NCBI GenBank assembly: GCA_002452315.1
Contig: DKFH01000167.1
Location: 6,392-42,569, forward strand
Origin: Anaerolineaceae bacterium UBA6801
GTDB lineage: Bacteria > Chloroflexota > Anaerolineae > Anaerolineales > Anaerolineaceae
Length of the DNA stretch: 36,178 nt
Reading direction: 5' to 3'
A model generated the notes under the pieces. The model was not told where the DNA came from. It did no database searches and saw only the letters and a program-made list of their open reading frames with translations. Within the stretch, counting starts at the first letter, position 1; each line of letters opens with the position of its first letter. Below, piece by piece: positions 1-8,960 of this stretch. Position numbers and translations under genes: made by a program.

Positions 1-929
1 GTACCGGTCAACCCGCGGGCCACCAGGCTGTGGGTATGGGCCATGCCGCCGGAATAGCTAACGCCATCCAGCAGCGGCCCGTCAGAAATGCCCGTGGCGA
101 CAAAAAAGGTGTCACTGGAAGATACCAGGTCTTCCAGGGTCAGGACGCGCGACAGATCAATGCCCGCCTTCTGTGCCTGCTGGCGATCTTCGGCGCTGCG
201 GGGCCAGAGAATGCCCTGGATAGCGCCGCGCATAGCCCACAAGCCGCACGCCGCCAGCACCGCCTCGGGCGTTCCGCCGATGCCCATCAGCACGTCAATC
301 CCGGTGCCCGGCCAGGCGGTCATCAACGCGCCGGCCACATCCCCCGCGGGGATCAGGCGAATGCGGGCGCCGCACTCACGCACCTCGTGGACCAAACGCT
401 CATGCCGGGGGCGATCCAAAATGACCACCGTGATCTCATCCAGATCCATACCCTTGGCGTGGGCCACTTTTGTGAGGTTGTCCTTGACCGGGGCATCAAT
501 ATCGATCACATCCTTGGCCTCCGGGCCGACGGCAATTTTGGACATGTAAAACATCGGGCCAGGGTCAAACATGGTGCCACGCGGCGCTGCTGCCACAGTG
601 GCGATCGCATTGGGCATGCCCTTGGCTACCAGCTCCGTCCCCTCCACAGGGTCAACGGCAAGATCCAGTTCAGGTGGGTCACCGGTGCCGACCACCTCAC
701 CATTGAACAACATCGGCGCGTGGTCTTTCTCTCCCTCACCGATCACCACAGTCCCTGCCATTTCAATCTCGTTCAGCAAGAGGCGCATGGCGTCTACCGC
801 TGCGGCATCGGCGTCCTGTTTGGACCCGCGGCCAAAATGGCGGCCTGCAGCCATGGCGGCTGCTTCAGTCACACGGACCAGTTCCAAAGCTATGTTACGA
901 GTTGGTTTTTGTGCAGTGGGGTTTTCCAT
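1..929 (-). CDS. glpX: Class II fructose-1,6-bisphosphatase (3' end runs off the window)
   Basis: Not in the ORF track. Manual minus-strand translation from ATG 929 gives MENPTAQKPTRNIALELVRVTEAAAMAAGRHFGRGSKQDADAAAVDAMR...GTVVIGEGEKDHAPML...DLAVDPVEGT, which carries the GlpX signature motifs. GGAAGGAA RBS upstream. Confidence 0.95.
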   Translation of the reverse strand, partial: MENPTAQKPTRNIALELVRVTEAAAMAAGRHFGRGSKQDADAAAVDAMRLLLNEIEMAGTVVIGEGEKDHAPMLFNGEVVGTGDPPELDLAVDPVEGTELVAKGMPNAIATVAAAPRGTMFDPGPMFYMSKIAVGPEAKDVIDIDAPVKDNLTKVAHAKGMDLDEITVVILDRPRHERLVHEVRECGARIRLIPAGDVAGALMTAWPGTGIDVLMGIGGTPEAVLAACGLWAMRGAIQGILWPRSAEDRQQAQKAGIDLSRVLTLEDLVSSSDTFFVATGISDGPLLDGVSYSGGMAHTHSLVARGLTG

Positions 930-1065
930 ATCATTCCTTCCTCTTATGGGTGATACTCTTATTGTACCCAATAAGCCGGCAGGCACATCTGCACCCCAAT
1001 CAAGCTGCGGAGAGTCCCAACAGCCAGTATAATTTGGAGCAAACAGCGAATGAAAAGGCATTTTT

Positions 1066-1773
1066 ATGAACATTGAAATGATCGGTTTTGATGCCGATGA
1101 CACCCTCTGGCATACAGAAATTCACTACCTCAAAGCCCAGGAGGACTTTAAAGGGCTGCTGAGCCCCTGGGCAACCCCTGAGCGCATTGACGAATTGCTG
1201 CATGCCAACATCCTCGACAACCTGCCGCGCTATGGATATGGGATCAAAGCCTTCGTGCTCTCGTTGATTGAAGCCGCCATCCACATCTCCGATGGTAAAA
1301 TCGGGGCAAACCGGATTGAAGAAATTTTATCCATTGGCAAAAGGATGCTCGCAGCGGAGATCATCCTGCGGCCGCATGTCCGGGATACACTGCAAACCCT
1401 CAAGTCTGCTTACCCCATGATGATCATCACCAAGGGTGACCTGCTGGACCAAACCACCAAGGTCAAACGCGCCAACATTGGGGAGTTTTTTTCGAGCGTG
1501 GAAGTGGTGAATGAAAAATCGCCCGAGGCTTATACCAGGATCTTCGAAAAACACCGCATCCATCCGGCGCATTTCCTGATGGTGGGGAACACCCTCCGCT
1601 CCGATATCCAACCTGTGCTGGCCCTGGGCGGTGCTGCGGTGCACATCCCTGCGGACTCAACCTGGTTCCACGAAATGGTGCCAGGGTTTGATACCGCCCA
1701 GAATGGCTTTTATGAGCTTGAGCACATGGGTCAGCTCCCCGCGTTGATCAACAAGATCTCCGATGTTATCTAA
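1066..1773 (+). CDS. HAD-superfamily hydrolase
   Basis: Motif I FDADDTLW, ITKGD, motif IV MVGNTLRSDI. Confidence 0.9.
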   Translation: MNIEMIGFDADDTLWHTEIHYLKAQEDFKGLLSPWATPERIDELLHANILDNLPRYGYGIKAFVLSLIEAAIHISDGKIGANRIEEILSIGKRMLAAEIILRPHVRDTLQTLKSAYPMMIITKGDLLDQTTKVKRANIGEFFSSVEVVNEKSPEAYTRIFEKHRIHPAHFLMVGNTLRSDIQPVLALGGAAVHIPADSTWFHEMVPGFDTAQNGFYELEHMGQLPALINKISDVI

Positions 1774-3181
1774 AACCAACTTCCTTACCTATCTCGATGC
1801 CCCCCTTCACCTGTGGGCGCAGGTGCATCACCAGCTTGAAGCGCAACCGCGTTCGGCTTATGCCGAATTTTTAGCTCAGCAGGGTCAGGCAGTTGAAATC
1901 CTGGCCAAAGAATACCTCGAACAGGTGGTTCTGTCGGGTAAAGATCACCTACACCTGGAATGGCAGGACACCTTTGATGACGGCCGGTTCCAAATCCGAG
2001 CTGATGCCCTCATCCGGGATGAAAAGGCAAACGTTTACGATCTGTATGAGATCAAATCCGCCACATCCGTTCAAAAAATCCATGTATATGACCTGGCTTT
2101 TCAAGTTTTGCTGCTGGAAACCTTGCTCCCTTTACGCCATGCTTACCTGCTGCACATTGATAAAACCTACCGCCATGGCCGGCAGCTTGATCTTGAGGGG
2201 TTTTTCATCCTGGAAAATGCCTCTGAGCGAGTGTCCCCCCTCCGCGATGAAGTGACCCAGCTGCGGGAGTCTGCTTGGGGTGTCACCCTCATGGCTGAGC
2301 CAGGCCCAACTTTGGCTTGCACAAAACCGAGTGCTTGCCCCTGCCCCGATCTTTGCCACCCGAATCTCCCCCAAAACCCAATCTACAACCTGCCCTATCT
2401 TGGAAAAAAAGCACGCAACTTGCGGGTGATGGGCATTTTAGCCATAGAAGATATCCCCCCCGATTACAACCTCAGCCCAACCCAGCAACTTCATCAAAAA
2501 GCGGTCCGCTCGGGCCAACCCATCATCAATTTCCCGGCCATCCAGGAAGCGCTAGCAACCCTCCAATATCCCCTTTATTTCTTGGATTACGAAACCTTCA
2601 ACCCGGCGATACCCTTCTTCCAGGGGTATCAACCCTATGAGCATATCGTCTTCCAGTATTCCTTGTTTGTGGTGCAAGAACCCAATGCCGAACCGCTTCA
2701 TTTTGATGCCCTGATCGCCGATGGTAGCGACCCGGCGCCATCAATAGTGCCCCACCTTCTGGAACACATCTGTGATGTGGGCTCAGTCGTGGTTTGGAAC
2801 AAAGCATTCGAAGAAAGTCGCAACAAGGACTTAGCCCGTCACTGCCCGGCCGATGCAGATCGCCTGTTGGGTATAAACGATCGACTGTATGATTTGATGC
2901 GCATCTTCAAGGATGGCCTCTTTATCCATCCCCTATTCAAAGGCAGTGCCTCTCTTAAGGCCGTCCTGCCAGTGCTGTGCCCCGAACTGAGCTATGCCAA
3001 CCTGGCTATCCCGGATGGTGAATCTGCCATGCTGACCTGGTACCAACTGCATACCGGCGCCATTCCCCCCGCTGAAAGGGATGAGAGCATCACTGCGATG
3101 AAAATCTACTGTAAAATGGACACCTATGGCATGGTTGCCATATGGAAGCAACTATGCACCCTGTTGAATGATGAGGACTGA
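1763..3181 (+). CDS. DUF2779-type protein: N-terminal PD-(D/E)xK/Cas4-RecB-like nuclease plus C-terminal RNase H-like domain
   Basis: RADAL...LYEIKS...DLAFQ nuclease motifs; Cys cluster CTKPSACPCPDLC; C-terminal LDYET, WNKAFE, DL, SLK and YCKMD motifs. Confidence 0.8.
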   Translation: MLSKTNFLTYLDAPLHLWAQVHHQLEAQPRSAYAEFLAQQGQAVEILAKEYLEQVVLSGKDHLHLEWQDTFDDGRFQIRADALIRDEKANVYDLYEIKSATSVQKIHVYDLAFQVLLLETLLPLRHAYLLHIDKTYRHGRQLDLEGFFILENASERVSPLRDEVTQLRESAWGVTLMAEPGPTLACTKPSACPCPDLCHPNLPQNPIYNLPYLGKKARNLRVMGILAIEDIPPDYNLSPTQQLHQKAVRSGQPIINFPAIQEALATLQYPLYFLDYETFNPAIPFFQGYQPYEHIVFQYSLFVVQEPNAEPLHFDALIADGSDPAPSIVPHLLEHICDVGSVVVWNKAFEESRNKDLARHCPADADRLLGINDRLYDLMRIFKDGLFIHPLFKGSASLKAVLPVLCPELSYANLAIPDGESAMLTWYQLHTGAIPPAERDESITAMKIYCKMDTYGMVAIWKQLCTLLNDED

Positions 3182-3690
3182 TGGACCTTCACAAGGCGCA
3201 GATACAACTCAAAGCCCAGGGGCTGGCCATTGCTGCCCTGGTGACGGGTTTAACCCCGGATGAAGCCCGTTGGAAGCCTGATCTGAAGAGCTGGTCCGTT
3301 TTGGAAGTGCTCAACCACCTCGTGGATGAGGAAATTTACGATTTCAGGGCGAACCTGAAGCATATCTTATCTACATCGGATCAACCCTTACCAGAGATCG
3401 ACCCCATAGGCTGGGTGACCCAACGCCATTATAACGATGCAAATTTCGAAGACACCCTGCTCCGCTTTGAAGCCGAACGGGAAAAGTCCCTCACCTGGCT
3501 GGCAGGATTGACGGCACCAGATTGGAGCGCTGCCGTTTCGACACCATGGGGCACCCTCTCGGCAGGTGACATGCTGGCCTCATGGCTGGCGCATGACTTG
3601 CTGCATTTGCGGCAGTTGATCGAACTGCGCTACCAACTCACCTCAACCGCTAACCAGCCCTACCGGGTTGCTTATGCAGGAGAATGGTAG
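3181..3690 (+). CDS. DinB/YfiT-family protein
   Basis: WSVLEVLNHL and HDLLHL metal-ligand His motifs; TGATG overlap with the upstream stop codon. Confidence 0.88.
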   Translation: MDLHKAQIQLKAQGLAIAALVTGLTPDEARWKPDLKSWSVLEVLNHLVDEEIYDFRANLKHILSTSDQPLPEIDPIGWVTQRHYNDANFEDTLLRFEAEREKSLTWLAGLTAPDWSAAVSTPWGTLSAGDMLASWLAHDLLHLRQLIELRYQLTSTANQPYRVAYAGEW

Positions 3691-3739
3691 TACATAAACC
3701 TAATAACACCCATAATTGACATCTTTCCAGTTAAATACA

Positions 3740-3779
3740 AAGCGCCTGGCGGCCTTGCGTTCGCGGCTACCAGGCGCTT
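3740..3779. terminator. Stem-loop between convergent DinB and mgtC-like genes (probable terminator)
   Basis: AAGCGCCTGG (3740-3749) and CCAGGCGCTT (3770-3779) form a perfect 10-bp inverted repeat. Confidence 0.6.
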
Positions 3780-3794
3780 GAAGCAGGGTGATGC

Positions 3795-4463
3795 TTATTC
3801 CACCTTTAAATTTCGCACCCCGTCAATATCTGAAATATTTTCGATCAATTCCTCCAAATTTTGATCGCGTGAGACACGCATAACCGCCTGGATGCGCAAA
3901 CGCTTGCTCTTAATATGCTTTTGGATGGTGAAACTGATCAGGTCATCCGAAAACTTGGCGATGATTTTCCGAACAGACTTGACCACCCCTTTATGATAGT
4001 CCGCCTCAATTTGAATAAAGCGCGACACCGAAGTGCGCACATAACGTTTTTCCAACAAGTTCAAGAGCGTCAGCACAATCAGCATCAATGCCGTGGTGAT
4101 CACGCCGATCAGGTAATAACCTGCGCCCACCGTTAATCCAACGATGGCCATGGTCCACAGTGACGTCGCCGTTGTCAGGCCTTTGACCGTAAAACCAGAG
4201 CGTAAGATCGCGCCGGCGCCTAAAAAACCGATCCCGGAGATCACCTGGGCAGCGAGGCGGGCCGGGTCCGCGGGCGTCCCCTCCCGGGCGTAGAGATACC
4301 CCAAATTGACGGATAACACCATGGCCAGGGTGGCACCGATCACCAGGATCATGTGAGTCCGCAGGCCAGCGGGCTGATCGCTCCGCTCCCGCTCAAGACC
4401 AATGACCGCGCCCAGAGCAGCCCCCACCAGTACCCTCAGGATGATTTCGGTTTCTGAAATCAT
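3795..4463 (-). CDS. MgtC/SapB family membrane protein with ACT-like C-terminal domain
   Basis: IGLERE...PAGLRTH, DPARLAAQVISGIGFLGAG and GLTTATSLW motifs; AAAGGAG RBS. Confidence 0.92.
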   Translation of the reverse strand: MISETEIILRVLVGAALGAVIGLERERSDQPAGLRTHMILVIGATLAMVLSVNLGYLYAREGTPADPARLAAQVISGIGFLGAGAILRSGFTVKGLTTATSLWTMAIVGLTVGAGYYLIGVITTALMLIVLTLLNLLEKRYVRTSVSRFIQIEADYHKGVVKSVRKIIAKFSDDLISFTIQKHIKSKRLRIQAVMRVSRDQNLEELIENISDIDGVRNLKVE

Positions 4464-4478
4464 GAACTACTCCTTTCA

Positions 4479-4487
4479 ATTATAGCA
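4479..4487 (-). promoter_or_regulatory. Candidate extended -10 promoter (TGcTATAAT) of the mgtC-like gene
   Basis: Minus strand reads tgcTATAATtgaaaggagtagttcATG. Confidence 0.5.
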
Positions 4488-4762
4488 GCCAGAAACCTGA
4501 CCGCCATCCAATCTAGCTTACGTCCCTGTTCTGAAGCGTTGGTTGCATCTTCCTGGCCTGTAAACGGTGATCCATCAAGCCAGTATGCAGTAATGACCAA
4601 TCCAAGGGGGTGCTCAATTGACGATTTATGTGAGTGTCGGCTTTGAACTTTGGTGAGCTGACCGACAGGTTGTTTAATTCTAACACGAAGGGGATTGTGT
4701 TGACAATAACCAGAAAAATTCATTGAATAAAATATAAATTAGTTGTGTATTCACAATATCAG

Positions 4763-4791
4763 CTAAGGGCACGGTCTGCCGTCCCCCTCAC
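4763..4791. repeat. Degenerate GTAG-type REP-like palindrome
   Basis: ctaagggcacggtctgccgtccccctcac is an imperfect palindrome resembling GTAGGGGCACGGC..GCCGTGCCCCTAC-type REPs. Confidence 0.35.
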
Positions 4792-4854
4792 AACAATCAA
4801 AGAAATTTTTACACCCAACCATTAGAAAATGTGAGCGCCGGGAAAATGTCTTTA

Positions 4855-5280
4855 TCAGACGGCTTTAAGATCCAACAGCAATTTGAACCCGACAAAATCG
4901 GTATGGTCTTCAATCCGCATCCATAACCAACGGCCAGCCGGGAGCGCGGAGGGCTGGTTCAACAGCTCCCGAAGGCGGGCATTGAAGAAGTGGATCTTTT
5001 CCAGGGCAGCCCGGTCTTCCTCAGGGGTGAGGGCCAGCAACGCAGTAAAAGCGCCCCTTTCCGGGAATAACAGGCACAACCGCTGCGCCTCTTTGCGGTA
5101 ATGCAGCGCCCATCCCCGCTGGGCATTGTAAAACATCAGCTCAACCTTAAAATCCGGGTAATGTGTGCGCAAATAGGTGTTAACATCCTCCCAAACCGGG
5201 TAGACCTCCCTGCCAATTACCTTGCGGATGAGGTCAGGGCTGGGGGGTGCGTCGCGATCCAGGAGCCGTCCATCTGTCAT
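4855..5280 (-). CDS. DUF3788 family protein
   Basis: 141 aa; GWALHYRK..RLCLLFPERGAFTAL and terminal GRWLW...LLDLK pattern. Confidence 0.7.
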   Translation of the reverse strand: MTDGRLLDRDAPPSPDLIRKVIGREVYPVWEDVNTYLRTHYPDFKVELMFYNAQRGWALHYRKEAQRLCLLFPERGAFTALLALTPEEDRAALEKIHFFNARLRELLNQPSALPAGRWLWMRIEDHTDFVGFKLLLDLKAV

Positions 5281-5306
5281 GGTTAAATCTTATCATAAGT
5301 TTATTA

Positions 5307-5894
5307 TTAGGCGACACGCTCATACCGTGCCCAGGTCGCCGGCCGGCCGCCCCCGCCATCCGGTCGGCGCTCGTCTGACTGTTTACGCCACTGGCAGTGC
5401 AACATGCTGGAAAAATGCTCAAAATCCGCCTCAGAAACCCCATGCGCATCCTCCGGGGAAGCTTTATGGTGGGCATAGAGCAGATAAACGCCGCCCGGGT
5501 TCAACCAGTTCTGTAGGTTTTGGCGATAGCCCTCGCGTTCATGCGGCCCCAGGCTGTGATAGCAGCCAATGTCCACAACCAGGTCAAAGGCCGCCCCCAG
5601 ATCGACCTGCCCTGCAACGTTACCACGGATCACATGCCCAGCAAGGCCGGCTTTATTAAGCTTGGCACGCGCCTTCCACACTGAAATCCAGGCCAGGTCA
5701 ATCCCGACCACGCGCCAGCCATGGGCAGCCAGGGTCACCAGGTTCGTCCCGGTACCGCAGCCCAGGTCCAGAGCCTGCCCGGGTTGTGCCGACTGCAAGT
5801 AATCCACCAGCTCAGGCGGCGACACACCGGTATCCCAGGGCGGCCGGGCGAAATAACGCAAGTTAAACTGAATCCAACGCCAAATTTTGTTCAC
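5307..5894 (-). CDS. Class I SAM-dependent methyltransferase (TPMT/TehB-like)
   Basis: PPWDTG, ALDLGCGTG and FDLVVDIGCYH motifs. Confidence 0.9.
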   Translation of the reverse strand: MNKIWRWIQFNLRYFARPPWDTGVSPPELVDYLQSAQPGQALDLGCGTGTNLVTLAAHGWRVVGIDLAWISVWKARAKLNKAGLAGHVIRGNVAGQVDLGAAFDLVVDIGCYHSLGPHEREGYRQNLQNWLNPGGVYLLYAHHKASPEDAHGVSEADFEHFSSMLHCQWRKQSDERRPDGGGGRPATWARYERVA

Positions 5895-6060
5895 CTAAAA
5901 TCCTCTAACGACTGTGTAGCATTTTATAGTTTTTACACACGCGAGGTAACCGCATTTTTCAGGGTTAAGTATACCGATAAACCCAACCTGCCAAAATAAT
6001 TTGCTTCCAGGTGGGCATCTGCTTAATCATTATAAAAATCATCCCTTCTTGGAAGCGTTT

Positions 6061-6089
6061 TTGCGTCACATGGAAGAACTGGGTAGAAT
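6061..6089 (+). promoter_or_regulatory. Sigma70-type promoter of the aldo-keto reductase
   Basis: TTGCGT-17 bp-TAGAAT, then AGGAG RBS before ATG 6122. Confidence 0.6.
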
Positions 6090-6121
6090 AAAAACATCTA
6101 AAAACAGAAAAAAGGAGCACC

Positions 6122-6943
6122 ATGAATAAAACAATAACATTAAATGACGGTTACGAGATCCCCATCCTGGGGTTGGGAACCTTTCTGGCACGCGATGAGG
6201 AATGCGAACGCGCGGTGGCCTTTGCCCTCACGCATGGCTATGATCACATTGATACCGCCCAGGGCTACCGGAACGAGCTTCAGGTCGGCAACGGCTGGAA
6301 AGCCAGCGGCCGTACCAGGGAAGAGATCTTCATCACCACCAAGATCACTTACGGCAACCAGGATTATGACGCAACAGTTGAATCCTTCCAAAAGAGCCTG
6401 GCCGACCTGCAGACCGAGTATGTCGACCTGCTGCTGATCCACTGGCCGAACGTCAAAGCCTTCGACAATACCCTGGACGTGTGGCGGGCACTGATCGACC
6501 TGCAAGCCCAAGGCCTGGTCCGCAGTATCGGCGTGAGCAACTTCACCATCCCCCTCTTAGAGCGCCTGCTGGCCGAGAGCAGCGTCGTCCCCGCAGTCAA
6601 CCAGGTGGAATTCCACACCTTCCTCTACCAAAAGGAACTGCTGAGCTACTGCCGGGAGAAGGGCATCCAGATTGAGGCTTACAGCCCGATTGCCAAGGCA
6701 AAATTATTCGATAACGAAGTTTTACAAAAAACCGCCAAGAAATACAGCAAGACGCCCGCCCAGATCATGCTGGCCTGGCTGCTCAATCACAACCTGGTGG
6801 CCATTCCCAAATCCACGGACGAAGAACGGATCTTAGAAAACGCGGATATCTTCTTTGAGTTTGACGCTGAGGATTTGAATGCGCTGGACAATCTTGAGCC
6901 CCGCACCCGGCTGGTCAGGGAATTGGGCGTGTTCGACGATTAA
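6122..6943 (+). CDS. Aldo/keto reductase (AKR5/DkgA-like)
   Basis: LGLGT, IDTAQGY, DLLLIHWP, SIGVSNF, NQVEFH and IPKS motifs. Confidence 0.95.
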   Translation: MNKTITLNDGYEIPILGLGTFLARDEECERAVAFALTHGYDHIDTAQGYRNELQVGNGWKASGRTREEIFITTKITYGNQDYDATVESFQKSLADLQTEYVDLLLIHWPNVKAFDNTLDVWRALIDLQAQGLVRSIGVSNFTIPLLERLLAESSVVPAVNQVEFHTFLYQKELLSYCREKGIQIEAYSPIAKAKLFDNEVLQKTAKKYSKTPAQIMLAWLLNHNLVAIPKSTDEERILENADIFFEFDAEDLNALDNLEPRTRLVRELGVFDD

Positions 6944-7021
6944 GGCGTTTATGCGCTGGAAAATCCCTCACGATATCAATGGGTTCCCTTCGCAGCGCGA
7001 GTCAACCATTGAGTAGAAAAA

Positions 7022-7045
7022 CAGGCCGTGAGAGATCACGGCCTG
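7022..7045. terminator. Hairpin between convergent AKR and SWIM genes
   Basis: CAGGCCGTGA-gaga-TCACGGCCTG perfect 10-bp stem, followed by a T-run on the minus strand. Confidence 0.75.
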
Positions 7046-7076
7046 ATACTGTTAAAAAGATCGGACAGGTGAAAGA

Positions 7077-7319
7077 TCAGCCCTCACGAGCGATATCGAC
7101 CATTTGGTCAAGAATCGTCTCAAGTGCCATTGTGTGGCTGCAGCGTCCGCGGGATTGGAAGAAATCGCAAGTACATCCCCACATTCCTTCATCATATGTC
7201 ACCGTATGCTCACTATGATTCCCGGTAAAGATGACCTTGAACTGTTTGAAATCAATTCGCTCACGTTCGCCTGCATAACGCTTGGCTTTCTCCATTTTGC
7301 CGATCATTGCGTAGTCCAT
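7077..7319 (-). CDS. Small SWIM zinc-finger protein (80 aa)
   Basis: WGCTCDFFQSRGRCSH matches the CxC-x8-CxH SWIM motif; AAAGGA RBS. Confidence 0.8.
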   Translation of the reverse strand: MDYAMIGKMEKAKRYAGERERIDFKQFKVIFTGNHSEHTVTYDEGMWGCTCDFFQSRGRCSHTMALETILDQMVDIAREG

Positions 7320-7335
7320 GGGGCACTTTTCCTTT

Positions 7336-7416
7336 CTATAGGTAGAAAATAAAAAACAGCACGCGCGGTCTACCCGGCGTGCTGTTTGATTCTTTTGTAT
7401 TTCTCAATCTCTGCAT
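7336..7416 (-). CDS. Possible 26-aa leader peptide MQRLRNTKESNSTPGRPRVLFFIFYL
   Basis: AAAAGGT SD-like sequence before ATG 7416. The ORF runs through the terminator hairpin and stops just before the SWIM gene RBS. Confidence 0.3.
   Translation of the reverse strand: MQRLRNTKESNSTPGRPRVLFFIFYL
7346..7387 (-). terminator. Intrinsic terminator in the leader of the SWIM gene / downstream of the GNAT gene
   Basis: Minus strand: AAACAGCACGC-cgggtagaccgc-GCGTGCTGTTT followed by TTTATTTT. Confidence 0.75.
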
Positions 7417-7448
7417 ATGTACCTTTTGCACACAGCTTTGTTAACCTG

Positions 7449-7477
7449 AGTATATACCGAGTCGGCTGTAAAGTCAA
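7449..7477 (-). promoter_or_regulatory. Near-consensus sigma70 promoter upstream of the SWIM gene leader
   Basis: TTGACT (7477-7472)-17 bp-TATACT (7454-7449). Confidence 0.7.
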
Positions 7478-7929
7478 CGACGTTTTTCCAGCACCAGGGC
7501 GTCTTCACCGCCAACGTAATATTTCTTCCAGCGGTTGATGACCACATAACCCTGCCCCTCATACAAGCTGATGGCCGGGTGATTGGATGCCCGCACACTT
7601 AAGCGGATGGCCGGCAAATCCAGGCTGTGTTCGCAGCGTTTAAGCAGGGCCAGGGCAATCCCGCGCCGCCGATAGTCGGGCAGTACGCCCAGCGTGGTCA
7701 CCCAGCCCACACCGCGGATGGTATCCCGCTCACCACCGATGAAACCCACCATATTTTCATCCACAACGGCCTTCAGGCGCACCAGGCCCGGCAGGGTTAA
7801 CGCGCCGATCAGGTCCCAAAACGGCCACAGGTCCTCCTGGCGGAAGCAGGCTTTTTCGAGCTGGTTCAACTGGGTAAAATCGCGCCAGCTGGCGTTTTGG
7901 ATCGACCAATTGATAGGGTTTGGGTCCAT
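7474..7929 (-). CDS. GNAT N-acetyltransferase (RimI-like); start uncertain (7929 or 7974)
   Basis: LGVLPDYRRRGIA acetyl-CoA motif; LSVRASNHPAISLY and KKYYVGGEDA motifs. Confidence 0.88.
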   Translation of the reverse strand: MDPNPINWSIQNASWRDFTQLNQLEKACFRQEDLWPFWDLIGALTLPGLVRLKAVVDENMVGFIGGERDTIRGVGWVTTLGVLPDYRRRGIALALLKRCEHSLDLPAIRLSVRASNHPAISLYEGQGYVVINRWKKYYVGGEDALVLEKRR

Positions 7930-8108
7930 AGCATCCTTAGGTTCTGGTAAACCGTACGGTTTGAACGTTTTCATCACATGAAATACGCCAAAGCCCTGCC
8001 AGGCCAATTATACCGTGATCCCCACATTCACCCTGAGAGGAGTAATTTCAGGTAAAAGCAAGTAAAATACATCATAGACCAGAGCCATGCATAGTGATTG
8101 GTTAACCG

Positions 8109-8960
8109 ATGAAAATCAACATTGCCCTTGCACAATTCAACACCAAATTAGGCGTGGTCCGTGCGAACTTAGAGACCCACCTTAGCATGATTGACCAAGC
8201 CCGCCAGGCGGGCGCCGACCTGATCCTCTTTCCCGAGCTCTCGCTGACTGGCTATGCCCTGCTGGATCTGGCGGTGGAAACCGCCATCCGCCCCCACCAG
8301 GATGACCCGGTCTTCAACGAATTGCTGGGTGCCAGCCAGGAGATCGACCTGATGTTTGGCTTTGTTCACGAAGACCGCCGCCATCGCTTTTATATCGCCT
8401 CGGCCTACCTGTCAGGCGGGAAGATTCTCCACATCCACAACAAGCTCTACCTGCCCACCTACGGCATGTTTGACGAGGGCCGTTTCTTTGCCCCGGGCAA
8501 TTCGGTGCGGGCCTTTGATACCCGTTTCGGCCGGGTGGGGATGCTGATCTGTGAGGATTTCTGGCATGCCTCGTTGCCCTACCTGCTGTGGATGGATGGC
8601 GCCGATATCCTCCTGTTCTCTTCCGCATCGCCGGGGCGCGGGCTGACCGACGCGCCGCGCCTGAGCAGCTCGGAATGGGTCGAACACACCAACCGTGCCT
8701 ATGCAGGCCTGTTCACCAATTTTGTCGCCCATGCCAACCGGGTGGGCTATGAGGACGGGCTCAACTTCTGGGGCGGATCAACGATTTTTGACCCCAACGG
8801 GCACCTGGTGGTGTGCGCGCCGGATTTTGAGCCCGCGCTGACCGTGGCCGAAATTGACCTCAACCAATTGCACCGCACACGAGCCCGTTTACCCCTGTTG
8901 CGCGATGAACGCGCCACAGTCGTGCAGCGAGAGCTGGAAAGGATCCTGGGTGAAACATGA
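8109..8960 (+). CDS. Nitrilase/carbon-nitrogen hydrolase, probable glutaminase subunit of NAD synthetase
   Basis: Catalytic triad FPE / HNKLYLP / ICEDFW; ATGA overlap with nadE. Confidence 0.88.
   Translation: MKINIALAQFNTKLGVVRANLETHLSMIDQARQAGADLILFPELSLTGYALLDLAVETAIRPHQDDPVFNELLGASQEIDLMFGFVHEDRRHRFYIASAYLSGGKILHIHNKLYLPTYGMFDEGRFFAPGNSVRAFDTRFGRVGMLICEDFWHASLPYLLWMDGADILLFSSASPGRGLTDAPRLSSSEWVEHTNRAYAGLFTNFVAHANRVGYEDGLNFWGGSTIFDPNGHLVVCAPDFEPALTVAEIDLNQLHRTRARLPLLRDERATVVQRELERILGET

Noticed and set aside
30-1032. Plus-strand ORFs 30..953, 88..549 and 571..1032
   Set aside because: They are antisense shadows of glpX on the minus strand, which the ORF track missed because it runs off the window.
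1763-3181. Cas4 or CRISPR-Cas system
   Set aside because: There is no repeat-spacer array and no other cas gene in the window; the similarity is only at nuclease-fold level.
4464-4854. M-box (Mg2+) riboswitch or 87-aa ORF upstream of the mgtC-like gene
   Set aside because: I could not find M-box conserved segments, a candidate promoter sits directly before the RBS, and the 87-aa ORF has no recognisable features.
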